Source: Escherichia phage Ec_YwIITB1
Sequence record: PQ356294.1
DNA length: 64,000 bases
Strand: one strand, 5' to 3'
The notes beneath the pieces were generated by a model. That model ran no database searches. It was not told where the DNA came from and saw nothing but the letters and a program-made list of their open reading frames with translations. The stretch's first letter is position 1; every line of letters begins with the position of its first letter. This document shows positions 50,030 through 61,879 of the stretch, one piece after another. The position numbers and the translations under genes were made by a program.

Positions 50030-50548
50030 ATGAGCGCTGATTTAGGAGAATCCATGGAAGGTTCTTCTATCGACGTCACCTTTACCGCTCAATTAGAAAC
50101 AGGTGAAACGTTAGTATCTATAAATATAACTAGTTACGAAGAAACTCCTGGGGTTTTAGTAGAAGAAAATCGTTTATATGGAACGTATGAATCTGTGTTT
50201 GGATTTGGAAATGATGCGTTGAAATATCGTTTAGATAATGAATTTAAAACTGCTGCTTCATGGGAAGACCTTCCAACTGATTCTAATACCCAATTGTATT
50301 TATGGAAAGCTCCTCAGAACCTCCAGAAGACATTCACTTACGAAGTAACATTAATATATGACTACCAAGAACAAAGTGAATCTGGAGGTTCTGGTAGTAA
50401 TTCTAGGTCGTCTTCTGATACCACTGAACCAACGAATCCTCCAGCTCCAATAAGAAAAACTCTTGTTAAAAATTACACAAAAACTATAGTTGGAAATTGG
50501 AGTCGTTGGGCTAATAAATTGAGAAGCTACGTGTATGAGAGGCAATAA
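50030..50548 (+). CDS. hypothetical protein (5.1 position)
   Basis: Start trimmed to ATG 50030. Confidence 0.6.
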   Translation: MSADLGESMEGSSIDVTFTAQLETGETLVSINITSYEETPGVLVEENRLYGTYESVFGFGNDALKYRLDNEFKTAASWEDLPTDSNTQLYLWKAPQNLQKTFTYEVTLIYDYQEQSESGGSGSNSRSSSDTTEPTNPPAPIRKTLVKNYTKTIVGNWSRWANKLRSYVYERQ

Positions 50549-50842
50549 ATGTCAGGATTAAGCTATGATAAGTGTGTTACTGCTGGCCATGAAGCATGGC
50601 CTCCAACAGTTGTGAATGCTACACAAAGTAAAGTATTCACTGGAGGAATTGCTGTTCTCGTAGCAGGCGATCCAATTACAGAACATACAGAAATTAAAAA
50701 GCCATATGAAACACATGGCGGAGTGGCACAACCTAGAACTTCTAAGGTATATGTCACTGGAAAGAAAGCTGTTCAAATGGCTGATCCAATATCATGCGGT
50801 GATACAGTGGCTCAGGCATCATCTAAAGTATTCATTAAATAG
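50549..50842 (+). CDS. 5.4: PAAR-repeat spike tip protein gp5.4
   Basis: 97 aa; position after gene 5. Confidence 0.8.
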   Translation: MSGLSYDKCVTAGHEAWPPTVVNATQSKVFTGGIAVLVAGDPITEHTEIKKPYETHGGVAQPRTSKVYVTGKKAVQMADPISCGDTVAQASSKVFIK

Positions 50843-50850
50843 GATTTAAA

Positions 50851-52833
50851 ATGGCAAATACCCCTGTAAATTATCAATTAACAAGAACAGCAAATGCTAT
50901 TCCCGAGATATTCGTCGGGGGTACATTTGCTGAAATAAAACAAAACCTCATTGAGTGGCTTAATGGCCAAAATGAATTTTTGGATTATGATTTTGAAGGC
51001 TCAAGATTAAACGTTCTGTGTGACCTTTTGGCTTATAATACATTGTACATTCAGCAGTTTGGTAATGCTGCCTTGTATGAAAGCTTTATGCGTACTGCTA
51101 ATTTACGTAGTTCAGTAGTTCAAGCTGCACAAGATAATGGATATTTACCTACTTCAAAATCAGCTGCTCAAACTGAAATTATGCTAACTTGTACAGATGC
51201 ATTGAATAGAAATTACATTACTATTCCTCGTGGTACTCGCTTTTTAGCATATGCAAAGGATACTTCCGTTAATCCTTACAACTTTGTATCTACCGAAGAT
51301 GTTATTGCTATTCGTGATAAAAATAACCAATATTTTCCACGTTTAAAATTGGCCCAGGGGCGTATAGTAAGAACTGAAATCATTTATGATAAATTAACAC
51401 CTATTATCATTTATGACAAAAATATAGATAGAAACCAAGTTAAACTATACGTCGATGGAGCAGAATGGATTAACTGGACAAGAAAGTCAATGGTTCATGC
51501 TGGTTCTACATCAACAATTTACTACATGCGTGAAACTATTGATGGAAATACTGAGTTTTATTTTGGTGAAGGCGAGATTTCTGTTAATGCGGCAGAAGGA
51601 GCATTGACTGCTAATTATATTGGAGGTCTTAAACCTACCCAGAACTCTACGATTGTTATTGAGTACATCAGTACTAACGGTGCAGATGCGAATGGCGCAG
51701 TCGGATTTTCATATGCAGATACATTAACAAATATAACTGTCATCAACATTAATGAAAATCCAAACGATGACCCAGATTTTGTTGGGGCAGATGGCGGCGG
51801 TGATCCAGAAGATATTGAACGTATTCGCGAATTGGGTACTATTAAACGCGAAACCCAGCAACGCTGCGTAACTGCGACTGACTATGATACATTCGTTTCA
51901 GAGAGATTTGGTTCTATTATTCAAGCAGTTCAGACGTTCACTGATTCTACTAAACCTGGTTATGCATTTATTGCTGCTAAACCTAAATCAGGTCTGTATT
52001 TAACTACTGTACAGCGCGAAGATATTAAAAATTATCTCAAAGACTATAATTTAGCTCCTATTACGCCATCAATTATTTCTCCTAATTACCTTTTTATTAA
52101 GACTAATTTAAAAGTCACATATGCTTTAAATAAGCTGCAAGAATCCGAACAGTGGCTCGAAGGTCAAATAATTGATAAAATTGATCGTTATTATACCGAA
52201 GATGTAGAAATTTTTAACTCATCTTTCGCTAAATCTAAGATGTTGACATATGTAGATGATGCAGATCATTCTATCATTGGCTCATCCGCGACAATTCAAA
52301 TTGTTCGTGAAGTACAAAACTTCTATAAAACGCCTGAAGCAGGTATTAAATACAATAATCAAATAAAAGATCGTTCTATGGAATCTAATACGTTTTCATT
52401 TAATTCTGGACGAAAGGTTGTAAATCCTGATACTGGTTTAGAAGAAGATGTATTATATGACGTTCGCATAGTATCAACAGACCGAAATTCTAAAGGAATT
52501 GGTAAAGTTATTATTGGTCCATTTGCTTCTGGCGATGTTACAGAAAATAAAAACATTCGTCCGTATACAGGAAACGATTTTAACAAATTAGCAAATTCTG
52601 ATGGACGCGACAAATACTATGTTATCGGTGAAATAAATTATCCAGCTGATGTGATTTATTGGAATATCGCTAAAATTAATTTAACATCTGAAAAATTTGA
52701 AGTTCAGACCATCGAATTATATTCTGACCCAACCGATGATGTTATCTTTACTCGCGACGGTTCACTGATTGTATTTGAAAATGACTTACGTCCACAATAC
52801 TTAACTATCGATTTGGAGCCTATATCACAATGA
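50851..52833 (+). CDS. 6: baseplate wedge protein gp6
   Basis: 660 aa, T4 order and length. Confidence 0.9.
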   Translation: MANTPVNYQLTRTANAIPEIFVGGTFAEIKQNLIEWLNGQNEFLDYDFEGSRLNVLCDLLAYNTLYIQQFGNAALYESFMRTANLRSSVVQAAQDNGYLPTSKSAAQTEIMLTCTDALNRNYITIPRGTRFLAYAKDTSVNPYNFVSTEDVIAIRDKNNQYFPRLKLAQGRIVRTEIIYDKLTPIIIYDKNIDRNQVKLYVDGAEWINWTRKSMVHAGSTSTIYYMRETIDGNTEFYFGEGEISVNAAEGALTANYIGGLKPTQNSTIVIEYISTNGADANGAVGFSYADTLTNITVININENPNDDPDFVGADGGGDPEDIERIRELGTIKRETQQRCVTATDYDTFVSERFGSIIQAVQTFTDSTKPGYAFIAAKPKSGLYLTTVQREDIKNYLKDYNLAPITPSIISPNYLFIKTNLKVTYALNKLQESEQWLEGQIIDKIDRYYTEDVEIFNSSFAKSKMLTYVDDADHSIIGSSATIQIVREVQNFYKTPEAGIKYNNQIKDRSMESNTFSFNSGRKVVNPDTGLEEDVLYDVRIVSTDRNSKGIGKVIIGPFASGDVTENKNIRPYTGNDFNKLANSDGRDKYYVIGEINYPADVIYWNIAKINLTSEKFEVQTIELYSDPTDDVIFTRDGSLIVFENDLRPQYLTIDLEPISQ

Positions 52834-55800
52834 CAGTAAAAGCACCTTCAGTCACTAGTCTCAGAATTTCCAAGTTATCCGCAAATCAGGTGCAAGTACG
52901 CTGGGATGACGTTGGTGCTAATTTCTACTATTTTGTAGAAATCGCTGAGACAAAGACGAACTCGGGGGAAAATCTCCCGAGTAATCAATATAGATGGATT
53001 AACTTAGGATATACTGCAAATAACAGCTTCTTTTTTGATGATGCTGACCCATTGACATCATACGTTATTAGAGTAGCTACAGCTGCACAAGATTTTGAGC
53101 AGTCTGATTGGATTTATACCGAAGAGTTTGAAACTTTTGCTACAAATGCTTATACATTTCAAAACATGATTGAAATGCAATTAGCCAATAAATTCATTCA
53201 GGAAAAATTTACTCTTAATAATTCTGATTATGTCAATTTTAATAATGACACTATAATGGCTGCATTGATGAATGAATCATTTCAGTTCAGTCCATCATAT
53301 GCTGATGTTTCATCAATAAGTAATTTTATTATTGGCGAAAATGAGTATCATGAAATACAAGGTTCTATTCAGCAAGTATGTAAGGATATTAATCGAGTTT
53401 ATTTGATGGAATCAGAAGGGATTTTATACCTTTTTGAGCGTTATCAACCTGTAGTTAAAGTATCCAATGATAAAGGTCAAACTTGGAAAGCTGTAAAGCT
53501 CTTCAATGACCGCGTAGGATATCCTTTATCTAAGACTGTATATTACCAATCTGCGAGCACAACATACGTTCTAGGATACGACAAGATTTTCTATGGCCGC
53601 AAATCGACTGATGTTAGATGGTCAGCTGACGATGTCAGATTTAGTTCGCAGGACATAACATTCGCTAAACTTGGTGATCAACTTCATTTGGGATTTGATG
53701 TTGAAATCTTTGGTACTTATGCTACATTACCTGCAAATGTGTATCGTATAGCTGAAGCTATTACTTGCACCGATGATTACATTTACGTTGTCGCCAGAGA
53801 CAAAGTTAGATACATAAAAACGAGCAATGCACCTATAGATTCTGATCCATTATCTCCAACATATTCAGAAAGGCTATTTGAACCTGATACAATGACTATA
53901 ACCGGAAATCCTAAAGCAGTATGCTATAAAATGGATTCTATTGGTGATAAAGTTTTTGCTCTTATTATCGGCGAAGTTGAAACATTAAATGCTAATCCTA
54001 GAACGTCAAAAATAATTGATTCTGCTGATAAAGGAATATATGTTTTAAATCACGACACAAAAACGTGGAAAAGAGTTTTTGGCAACACTGAAGAAGAAAG
54101 AAGACGTATTCAACCTGGGTACGCGAATATGTCAACTGATGGTAAATTAGTTTCTCTATCTTCGAGTAATTTTAAATTTTTAAGTGATAATGTTGTTAAT
54201 GACTCTGAAACTGTCGCAAAATATCAGTTAATCGGTGCTGTTAAATATGAATTTCCTCGTGAATGGTTAGCTGATAAGCATTATCATATGATGGCATTTA
54301 TAGCAGATGAAAAGTCTGATTGGGAAACTTTTACGCCTCAGCCGATGAAATACTACGCAGAACCATTCTTTAACTGGTCTAAAAAGTCTAATACACGGTG
54401 CTGGATAAACAACTCTAATAGGGTTGTGGTAGTTTATGCAGATTTAAAATATACTAAAGTTATAGAAAATATTCCGGAAACATCGCCAGATAGATTAGTT
54501 CATGAATACTGGGATGATGGCGATTGTACTATAGTAATGCCAAACGTTAAATTCACGGGATTTAAAAAATATGCGTCTGGGATGCTTTTTTATAAATCCT
54601 CTGGTGAAATAATTTCTTATTATGATTTTAACTATCGAGTGAGAGACACGGTTGAAATAATTTGGAAGCCAACTGAAATATTTTTAAAAGCATTTTTACA
54701 AAACCAAGAGCATGAAACTCCTTGGTCACCAGAAGAAGAGCATGGATTAGCTGACCCTGATTTAAGACCATTGATTGGCACAATGATGCCTGATTCTTAT
54801 TTACTACAAGATTCGAATTTTGAGGCATTTTGCGAAGCATATATTCAATATCTTTCTGATGGATATGGAACTCAGTATAACAATTTACGAAATTTAATTC
54901 GTAACAAATATCCACGAGAAGAGCATGCGTGGGAGTATTTGTGGTCAGAGATATATAAAAGAAACATTTATTTAAATGCTGACAAACGTGATGCTGTTGC
55001 AAGATTTTTCGAATCACGTAGCTATGATTTTTATTCTACTAAAGGAATTGAAGCATCATATAAATTTCTTTTTAAAGTTCTTTATAATGAAGAGGTTGAA
55101 ATTGAAATTGAATCTGGTGCTGGTACTGAATACGATATAATCGTTCAATCTGATTCTTTAACTGAAGACTTGGTAGGACAAACGATTTATACAGCTACAG
55201 GAAGATGTAATGTTACTTATATAGAAAGAAGTTATTCTAATGGTAAATTGCAATGGACCGTAACTATTCATAATCTTTTGGGAAGATTAATTGCTGGTCA
55301 AGAAGTTAAAGCAGAAAGACTCCCTAGTTTTGAAGGCGAAATTATTCGTGGAGTTAAAGGAAAGGATTTGCTTCAAAACAATATAGACTATATTAATAGA
55401 AGTAGATCATACTATGTAATGAAAATTAAATCCAATTTACCTTCTTCCCGCTGGAAATCTGACGTTATTCGTTTTGTTCATCCAGTAGGATTTGGATTTA
55501 TAGCAATTACCCTTTTAACGATGTTTATTAATGTTGGTTTAACTCTTAAACATACAGAGACCATAATTAATAAATACAAAAACTATAAATGGGATTCTGG
55601 ATTGCCTACTGAATATGCTGATAGAGTAGCTAAATTAACTCCAACCGGTGAAATTGAGTATGATTCAGTAACAGGCGAAGCAATTTATGAGCCTGGCCCA
55701 ATGGCTGGTGTAGAATATCCTCTTCCTGATGACTATAATGCTGAAAATAATAATTCAATATTTCAAGGTCAATTGCCTTCTGAACGACGCAAGTTAATGA

Positions 55801-55928
55801 GTCCTCTATTTGACGCATCTGGAACAACATTTGCACAGTTTAGGGATTTAGTTAATAAACGTCTAAAAGATAATATAGGAAATCCAAGAGACCCTGAAAA
55901 TCCAACACAGGTTAAAATAGATGAATGA
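52830..55928 (+). CDS. 7: baseplate wedge protein gp7
   Basis: 1032 aa. Confidence 0.9.
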   Translation: MTVKAPSVTSLRISKLSANQVQVRWDDVGANFYYFVEIAETKTNSGENLPSNQYRWINLGYTANNSFFFDDADPLTSYVIRVATAAQDFEQSDWIYTEEFETFATNAYTFQNMIEMQLANKFIQEKFTLNNSDYVNFNNDTIMAALMNESFQFSPSYADVSSISNFIIGENEYHEIQGSIQQVCKDINRVYLMESEGILYLFERYQPVVKVSNDKGQTWKAVKLFNDRVGYPLSKTVYYQSASTTYVLGYDKIFYGRKSTDVRWSADDVRFSSQDITFAKLGDQLHLGFDVEIFGTYATLPANVYRIAEAITCTDDYIYVVARDKVRYIKTSNAPIDSDPLSPTYSERLFEPDTMTITGNPKAVCYKMDSIGDKVFALIIGEVETLNANPRTSKIIDSADKGIYVLNHDTKTWKRVFGNTEEERRRIQPGYANMSTDGKLVSLSSSNFKFLSDNVVNDSETVAKYQLIGAVKYEFPREWLADKHYHMMAFIADEKSDWETFTPQPMKYYAEPFFNWSKKSNTRCWINNSNRVVVVYADLKYTKVIENIPETSPDRLVHEYWDDGDCTIVMPNVKFTGFKKYASGMLFYKSSGEIISYYDFNYRVRDTVEIIWKPTEIFLKAFLQNQEHETPWSPEEEHGLADPDLRPLIGTMMPDSYLLQDSNFEAFCEAYIQYLSDGYGTQYNNLRNLIRNKYPREEHAWEYLWSEIYKRNIYLNADKRDAVARFFESRSYDFYSTKGIEASYKFLFKVLYNEEVEIEIESGAGTEYDIIVQSDSLTEDLVGQTIYTATGRCNVTYIERSYSNGKLQWTVTIHNLLGRLIAGQEVKAERLPSFEGEIIRGVKGKDLLQNNIDYINRSRSYYVMKIKSNLPSSRWKSDVIRFVHPVGFGFIAITLLTMFINVGLTLKHTETIINKYKNYKWDSGLPTEYADRVAKLTPTGEIEYDSVTGEAIYEPGPMAGVEYPLPDDYNAENNNSIFQGQLPSERRKLMSPLFDASGTTFAQFRDLVNKRLKDNIGNPRDPENPTQVKIDE

Positions 55929-56925
55929 TTCAAGTGTTATCTATCGTGCGATAGTTACTTCAAAATTTAGAACAGAAAAAATGTTGAATTTTTATAATTC
56001 AATTGGGAGTGGTCCGGATAAAAACACTATCTTTATCACATTTGGAAGATCAGAACCGTGGTCATCAAATGAAAATGAGGTGGGCTTTGCTCCACCTTAT
56101 CCTACCGATTCCGTATTAGGTGTAACTGACATGTGGACTCATATGATGGGAACCGTAAAGGTTCTTCCATCTATGCTTGATGCGGTTATTCCTCGTAGAG
56201 ATTGGGGAGATACTAGATATCCGGATCCATACACATTTAGAATTAACGATATTGTAGTATGTAACTCAGCTCCTTACAATGCTACTGAATCAGGCGCAGG
56301 CTGGCTAGTATATCGTTGTTTAGATGTTCCTGACACAGGAATATGCTCAATAACATCTTTGACTGACAAAGATGAATGCATTAAGTTAGGTGGAAAATGG
56401 ACTCCTTCTGTTAGGTCAATGACTCCTCCTGAAGGTCGAGGAGACGCGGAAGGAACAATCGAACCTGGAGACGGATATGTTTGGGAATATCTTTTTGAGA
56501 TTCCGCCTGATGTATCTATAAATAGATGCACAAATGAATATATCGTGGTTCCTTGGCCTGAGGAATTAAAAGAAGACCCAACTAGATGGGGGTATGAAGA
56601 TAATCTCACTTGGCAACAAGATGATTTTGGATTAATTTATCGCGTTAAGGCAAATACTATCCGTTTTAAAGCATATTTAGATTCAGTTTATTTTCCTGAG
56701 GCTGCATTGCCGGGAAATAAAGGATTTAGACAAATATCAATAATCACGAATCCTCTTGAAGCTAAAGCTCATCCAAATGACCCAAACGTTAAAGCTGAAA
56801 AAGATTATTATGATCCGGAAGATTTAATGAGGCATTCGGGCGAAATGATTTATATGGAAAATAGGCCACCTATTATCATGGCAATGGATCAAACAGAAGA
56901 AATCAATATTCTGTTTACATTTTAA
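55921..56925 (+). CDS. 8: baseplate wedge protein gp8
   Basis: 334 aa. Confidence 0.9.
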   Translation: MNDSSVIYRAIVTSKFRTEKMLNFYNSIGSGPDKNTIFITFGRSEPWSSNENEVGFAPPYPTDSVLGVTDMWTHMMGTVKVLPSMLDAVIPRRDWGDTRYPDPYTFRINDIVVCNSAPYNATESGAGWLVYRCLDVPDTGICSITSLTDKDECIKLGGKWTPSVRSMTPPEGRGDAEGTIEPGDGYVWEYLFEIPPDVSINRCTNEYIVVPWPEELKEDPTRWGYEDNLTWQQDDFGLIYRVKANTIRFKAYLDSVYFPEAALPGNKGFRQISIITNPLEAKAHPNDPNVKAEKDYYDPEDLMRHSGEMIYMENRPPIIMAMDQTEEINILFTF

Positions 56926-56930
56926 ATTAA

Positions 56931-56956
56931 GGGAGCCCATGGGCTCCCTTTTTTCT
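56931..56956 (+). terminator. intrinsic terminator after gene 8
   Basis: gggagccc-at-gggctccc hairpin followed by TTTTTTC. Confidence 0.7.
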
Positions 56957-56957
56957 T

Positions 56958-56965
56958 TATAAATA
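56958..56965 (+). promoter_or_regulatory. late promoter TATAAATA for gene 9
   Basis: Exact TATAAATA 25 nt upstream of the gene 9 ATG. Confidence 0.7.
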
Positions 56966-56989
56966 CTATAAACTCATAAGGAAACCGCT

Positions 56990-57856
56990 ATGTTCATTCA
57001 AGAACCAAAGAAATTGATTGATACCGGCGAAATTGGTAACGCTTCTACTGGTGATATCTTATTCGACGGTGGTAATAAAATTAATAGTGATTTTAACGCA
57101 ATTTATAATGCGTTTGGCGATCAGCGCAAAATGGCAGTAGCAAATGGAACTGGAGCAAATGGCCAAATTATCCATGCTACTGGATATTATCAAAAGCACT
57201 CTATAGCAGAGTACGCAACTCCAGTAAAAGTTGGCACTAGACATGATATTGATACCTCTACTGTAGGTGTTAAAGTTATCATTGAAAAAGGCGAACTTGG
57301 CGACTGTGTTGAATTTATTAACTCAAATGGATCAATATCAGTTACTAATCCTTTAACAATTCAGGCTATTGATTCAATCAAAGGCGTTTCGGGTAATTTG
57401 GTAGTAACTAGCCCATACAGTAAAGTTACTTTACGATGTATTTCATCTGATAATTCTACATCGGTTTGGAATTATTCTATTGAAAGCATGTTTGGACAAA
57501 AGGAATCACCAGCTGAAGGTACATGGAATATTTCTACATCTGGATCAGTTGACATTCCACTATTTCACCGCACTGAATATAACATGGCTAAATTGTTAGT
57601 TACGTGCCAATCAATAGATGGAAGAAAAATTAAAACAGCAGAAATAAATATTCTTGTGGATAATGTTAATTCAGAGGTCATTTCTTCTGAATATGCTGTC
57701 ATGCGAGTTGGGAATGAAACTGAAGAAGACGAAATCGCTAATATTGCATTTAGTATTAAAGAAAATTATGTAACGGCGACTATAAGTTCTCCAACTGTCG
57801 GTATGAGAGCAGCAGTTAAAGTTATCGCTACGCAGAAAATCGGGGTGGCTCAATAA
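56990..57856 (+). CDS. 9: baseplate protein gp9 (long tail fiber socket)
   Basis: 288 aa. Confidence 0.9.
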   Translation: MFIQEPKKLIDTGEIGNASTGDILFDGGNKINSDFNAIYNAFGDQRKMAVANGTGANGQIIHATGYYQKHSIAEYATPVKVGTRHDIDTSTVGVKVIIEKGELGDCVEFINSNGSISVTNPLTIQAIDSIKGVSGNLVVTSPYSKVTLRCISSDNSTSVWNYSIESMFGQKESPAEGTWNISTSGSVDIPLFHRTEYNMAKLLVTCQSIDGRKIKTAEINILVDNVNSEVISSEYAVMRVGNETEEDEIANIAFSIKENYVTATISSPTVGMRAAVKVIATQKIGVAQ

Positions 57857-59664
57857 TGAAACAAAATATTAATATCGGTAATGTTGTTGATGATGGTACC
57901 GGTGACTACCTGCGTAAAGGTGGTATAAAAATAAATGAAAACTTTGATGAACTTTATTATGAGCTTGGCGATGGAGATGTTCCATATTCAGCCGGTGCCT
58001 GGAAAACTTATGATGCTTCATCCGGTCAAACACTAAAAGCTATGTGGGGGAAATCATACGCTATTAATACCTCTTCTGGAAGAGTATTTATAAATCTTCC
58101 AAAAGGAACTGTCAATGATTATAATAAAGTAATTAGAGCTAGGGATGTATTTGCAACATGGAACGTTAACCCAGTTACTTTGGTAGCTGCTTCCGGGGAT
58201 ACAATTAAAGGGTCTGCAGTACCATCAGTTGAAATTAATGTTCAATTCAGTGATTTAGAGCTCGTTTATTGCGCTCCAGGACGTTGGGAGTATGTCAAAA
58301 ACAAACAAATTGATAAAATTATTAGTTCAGATATTAGTAATGTAGCTCGCAAAGAATTTTTAGTAGAAGTCCAAGGGCAAACAGACTTTTTAGATGTTTT
58401 CCATGGAACTAGTTATAACGTAAATAACATCAGAGTAAAACACCGCGGTAACGAATTATATTACGGCGATGTATTTAGTGAAAACAGTGACTTTGGCTCT
58501 CCGGGGGAAAATGAAGGAGAATTAATTCCTCTTGATGGATTTAATATTCGATTAAGACAGCCTTGTAATATTGGCGATACTGTTCAAATTGAAACGTTTA
58601 TGGATGGCGTATCACAGTGGAGAAGTTCATATACAAGACGTCAAATTAGAGTGTTAGATTCAAAATTAACGTCAAAGACTTCTTTAGAAGGAAGCATTTA
58701 CGTTACTGATTTATCAGCGATGAAATCAATTCCATTCTCTGCGTTTGGATTAATTCCTGGCGAACCCATTAATCCTAATTCTCTCGAGGTTCGTTTTAAT
58801 GGAATTTTACAGCAACAGGCTGGAACAGCTGGGTATCCTCTGTTTTTGTGCGAAGGCGCTAATTCAGATACGCAAGAAGGATGTATATCTCTTGGTGGCG
58901 AATGGAAAGAATCAAACACAGATTATTCTATAGAATATGAAGATGGAAAACCTACAAGTCTTTTATTTGATAGAAAATTTGAATCAGGCGATATAATCGT
59001 TATAACGTGGTTCAATAATGATTTAGGAACTCTTTTAGAAAAAGATGACATCATTGAATTAACGGATGACCGTTATGTTAGTAAAGGATCATCTACCGAA
59101 GTTACTGGTGATGTAGCCTTAACGGATTTTGATAAAATCGGTTGGCCAAATGTTGAAAAAGTTGATTCTTATACTAGAACGTATAATTCAATATCATCTA
59201 TTTTCGATAGCATTTATCCTGTAGGTTCAATTTATGAAAATGCTATAAACCCAAATAATCCGGTGACTTATATGGGGTTTGGTTCGTGGAAATTATTTGG
59301 TAAAGGACAAGTTTTAGTAGGATGGAATGATGATGTTACAGATCCAAACTTTGCATTAAACAATAATGATTTAGATTCTAGCGGAAATCCTTCACATACT
59401 GCCGGTGGAACAGTTGGAACAACGTCAGTAACGCTTGAAAATGCAAATCTTCCTGCGACTAAAACTGACGAAAGAGTTTTAATTGAAGATGAAAATGGAT
59501 CAGTTATTATTGGAGGTTGTCAATATGACCCAGATGAAACTGGTCCTATATATACAAAATATCGTGAAGACTATGCAACAACAAACTCTTCACATACTCC
59601 TCCTGCTAATATTAGTAATATTCAACCGTCTATTACTGTATACCGTTGGATAAGGATTGCATAA
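57856..59664 (+). CDS. 10: baseplate wedge protein gp10
   Basis: 602 aa. Confidence 0.9.
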   Translation: MKQNINIGNVVDDGTGDYLRKGGIKINENFDELYYELGDGDVPYSAGAWKTYDASSGQTLKAMWGKSYAINTSSGRVFINLPKGTVNDYNKVIRARDVFATWNVNPVTLVAASGDTIKGSAVPSVEINVQFSDLELVYCAPGRWEYVKNKQIDKIISSDISNVARKEFLVEVQGQTDFLDVFHGTSYNVNNIRVKHRGNELYYGDVFSENSDFGSPGENEGELIPLDGFNIRLRQPCNIGDTVQIETFMDGVSQWRSSYTRRQIRVLDSKLTSKTSLEGSIYVTDLSAMKSIPFSAFGLIPGEPINPNSLEVRFNGILQQQAGTAGYPLFLCEGANSDTQEGCISLGGEWKESNTDYSIEYEDGKPTSLLFDRKFESGDIIVITWFNNDLGTLLEKDDIIELTDDRYVSKGSSTEVTGDVALTDFDKIGWPNVEKVDSYTRTYNSISSIFDSIYPVGSIYENAINPNNPVTYMGFGSWKLFGKGQVLVGWNDDVTDPNFALNNNDLDSSGNPSHTAGGTVGTTSVTLENANLPATKTDERVLIEDENGSVIIGGCQYDPDETGPIYTKYREDYATTNSSHTPPANISNIQPSITVYRWIRIA

Positions 59665-60323
59665 TGAGTTTACTTAATAATAAAGCGGGAGTTATTTCCC
59701 GCTTAGCAGATTTTCTTGGTTTTAGAACTAAGAAAAATGATATTTCGGTTATGAATAATCAGCCAGTAGGTGCTGTAACAATTTCACAAATAGCAAAAGG
59801 GTTTTATGACCCAAATGTAGAATCTGCTATTAATGATGTTAGAAATATGGCAGAGCAACAGGTTGGAGCTGTATTAGTTAATATAAGTGGCGTATCTCCT
59901 ACTGGCGTGCAGCAAACAGACTATTGGTCATTTGAAGGAACTGTCAATGATACTTCAGCCAAACCAGGTGACCCGGTTATTGTTAACATGTTTGGCATTC
60001 CTGTTAAAGCTACTAATGGAATGACTTCAATCGAATTTACCAGTGCCGTTAGAACAGCTCTACAGGAAATGGTTGCAAAATTTATTGCAATTGATTCATT
60101 TGAAGACCATCCTACCATAGGAAATAAAATACAAGTTAAGTATTTAGATAACCAAGAACATATCTTAGAACAATACTCTGATAAAGGAATTACTTTCAAA
60201 CAAGAAATAATTTCTCCTTCTAAACCTGGGTATGGAACTTGGCAATTATTAGGTGCGCAAACTGTTACGCTAGATAGTCACACACAACCTACAGTATTTT
60301 ATTATTTTGAGAGAATAGCATGA
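59664..60323 (+). CDS. 11: baseplate wedge protein gp11
   Basis: Start at ATG 59664 (MSLLNNK, 219 aa), overlapping the gene 10 stop as TAATG. Confidence 0.9.
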   Translation: MSLLNNKAGVISRLADFLGFRTKKNDISVMNNQPVGAVTISQIAKGFYDPNVESAINDVRNMAEQQVGAVLVNISGVSPTGVQQTDYWSFEGTVNDTSAKPGDPVIVNMFGIPVKATNGMTSIEFTSAVRTALQEMVAKFIAIDSFEDHPTIGNKIQVKYLDNQEHILEQYSDKGITFKQEIISPSKPGYGTWQLLGAQTVTLDSHTQPTVFYYFERIA

Positions 60324-61870
60324 GTAACAATACATATCAGCACGTATCAAATGAATCAAAATATGTTAAATTCGATCCTACTGGATCGAATTTTCCTGAC
60401 ACTGTCACGACAGTGCAGTCTGCATTATCAAAAATAAGTAATATCGGCGTAAATGGTATTCCTGATGCAACTATGGAAGTTAAAGGAATAGCAATGATTG
60501 CGTCAGAACAAGAGGTTTTAGATGGAACTAATAACTCTAAAATCGTTACACCAGCTACATTAGCAACAAGATTATTGTATCCAAATGCTACTGAAACTAA
60601 ATATGGTTTAACGCGCTATTCAACAAATGAAGAAACTTTAGAAGGCTCAGATAATAATTCGTCGATAACTCCACAAAAATTGAAATACCATACTGACGAT
60701 GTATTCCAAAACAGGTATTCATCTGAATCATCAAATGGAGTTATTAAAATATCATCTACACCTGCGGCTTTGGCTGGTGTAGATGATACTACGGCAATGA
60801 CTCCATTAAAAACCCAAAAACTTGCAATAAAATTAATTTCACAAATAGCTCCTTCAGAAGACACAGCATCAGAATCTGTTAGAGGTGTAGTTCAGTTATC
60901 AACTGTCGCTCAAACTCGTCAAGGAACTCTTCGCGAAGGATATGCAATTTCCCCATATACCTTTATGAATTCCGTTGCAACACAAGAATATAAGGGTGTT
61001 ATACGTTTAGGAACGCAGTCGGAAATTAACAGTAATTTGGGAGATGTTGCAGTAACAGGCGAAACATTAAATGGTCGAGGAGCTACTGGTTCTATGCGCG
61101 GTGTAGTAAAATTAACGACGCAAGCCGGTATTGCCCCTGAAGGTGATAGCTCTGGAGCATTAGCGTGGAACGCAGATGTAATTAATACTCGTGGTGGACA
61201 AACTATTAATGGTTCTTTAAATTTAGACCATCTTACAGCAAATGGAATTTGGTCACGCGGTGGAATGTGGAAAAATGGCGATCAACCTGTTGCCACTGAA
61301 AGATATGCGTCCGAAAGGGTTCCAGTTGGAACTATTATGATGTTTGCGGGTGATTCAGCACCTCCAGGTTGGATTATGTGTCACGGTGGAACCGTGTCAG
61401 GTGACCAATTTCCTGATTATAGAAACGTAGTTGGATCAAGATTTGGTGGTGATTGGAATAATCCTGGTATTCCTGATATGCGAGGTCTTTTCGTCAGAGG
61501 AGCCGGTACTGGCGGTCATATTTTAAATCAACGAGGACAAGATGGTTATGGAAAGGATAGACTTGGTGTAGGATGTGACGGAATGCATGTTGGTGGTGTC
61601 CAGGCACAACAAATGTCATACCATAAACACGCCGGTGGTTGGGGAGAACATAACAGAAGTGAAGGCCCATTTGGCGCGTCAGTTTATCAAGGATATCTTG
61701 GAACTAGAAAATATGCCGACTGGGATAATGCTTCATACTTCACTAATGATGGATTTGAATTAGGTGGACCGAGAGATGCTCATGGTACACTTAATCGTGA
61801 AGGATTAATTGGTTATGAAACTAGACCATGGAATATATCATTAAACTATATTATTAAAATTCATTACTAA
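60320..61870 (+). CDS. 12: short tail fiber gp12
   Basis: 516 aa. Confidence 0.9.
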   Translation: MSNNTYQHVSNESKYVKFDPTGSNFPDTVTTVQSALSKISNIGVNGIPDATMEVKGIAMIASEQEVLDGTNNSKIVTPATLATRLLYPNATETKYGLTRYSTNEETLEGSDNNSSITPQKLKYHTDDVFQNRYSSESSNGVIKISSTPAALAGVDDTTAMTPLKTQKLAIKLISQIAPSEDTASESVRGVVQLSTVAQTRQGTLREGYAISPYTFMNSVATQEYKGVIRLGTQSEINSNLGDVAVTGETLNGRGATGSMRGVVKLTTQAGIAPEGDSSGALAWNADVINTRGGQTINGSLNLDHLTANGIWSRGGMWKNGDQPVATERYASERVPVGTIMMFAGDSAPPGWIMCHGGTVSGDQFPDYRNVVGSRFGGDWNNPGIPDMRGLFVRGAGTGGHILNQRGQDGYGKDRLGVGCDGMHVGGVQAQQMSYHKHAGGWGEHNRSEGPFGASVYQGYLGTRKYADWDNASYFTNDGFELGGPRDAHGTLNREGLIGYETRPWNISLNYIIKIHY

Positions 61871-61879
61871 GGATTACAA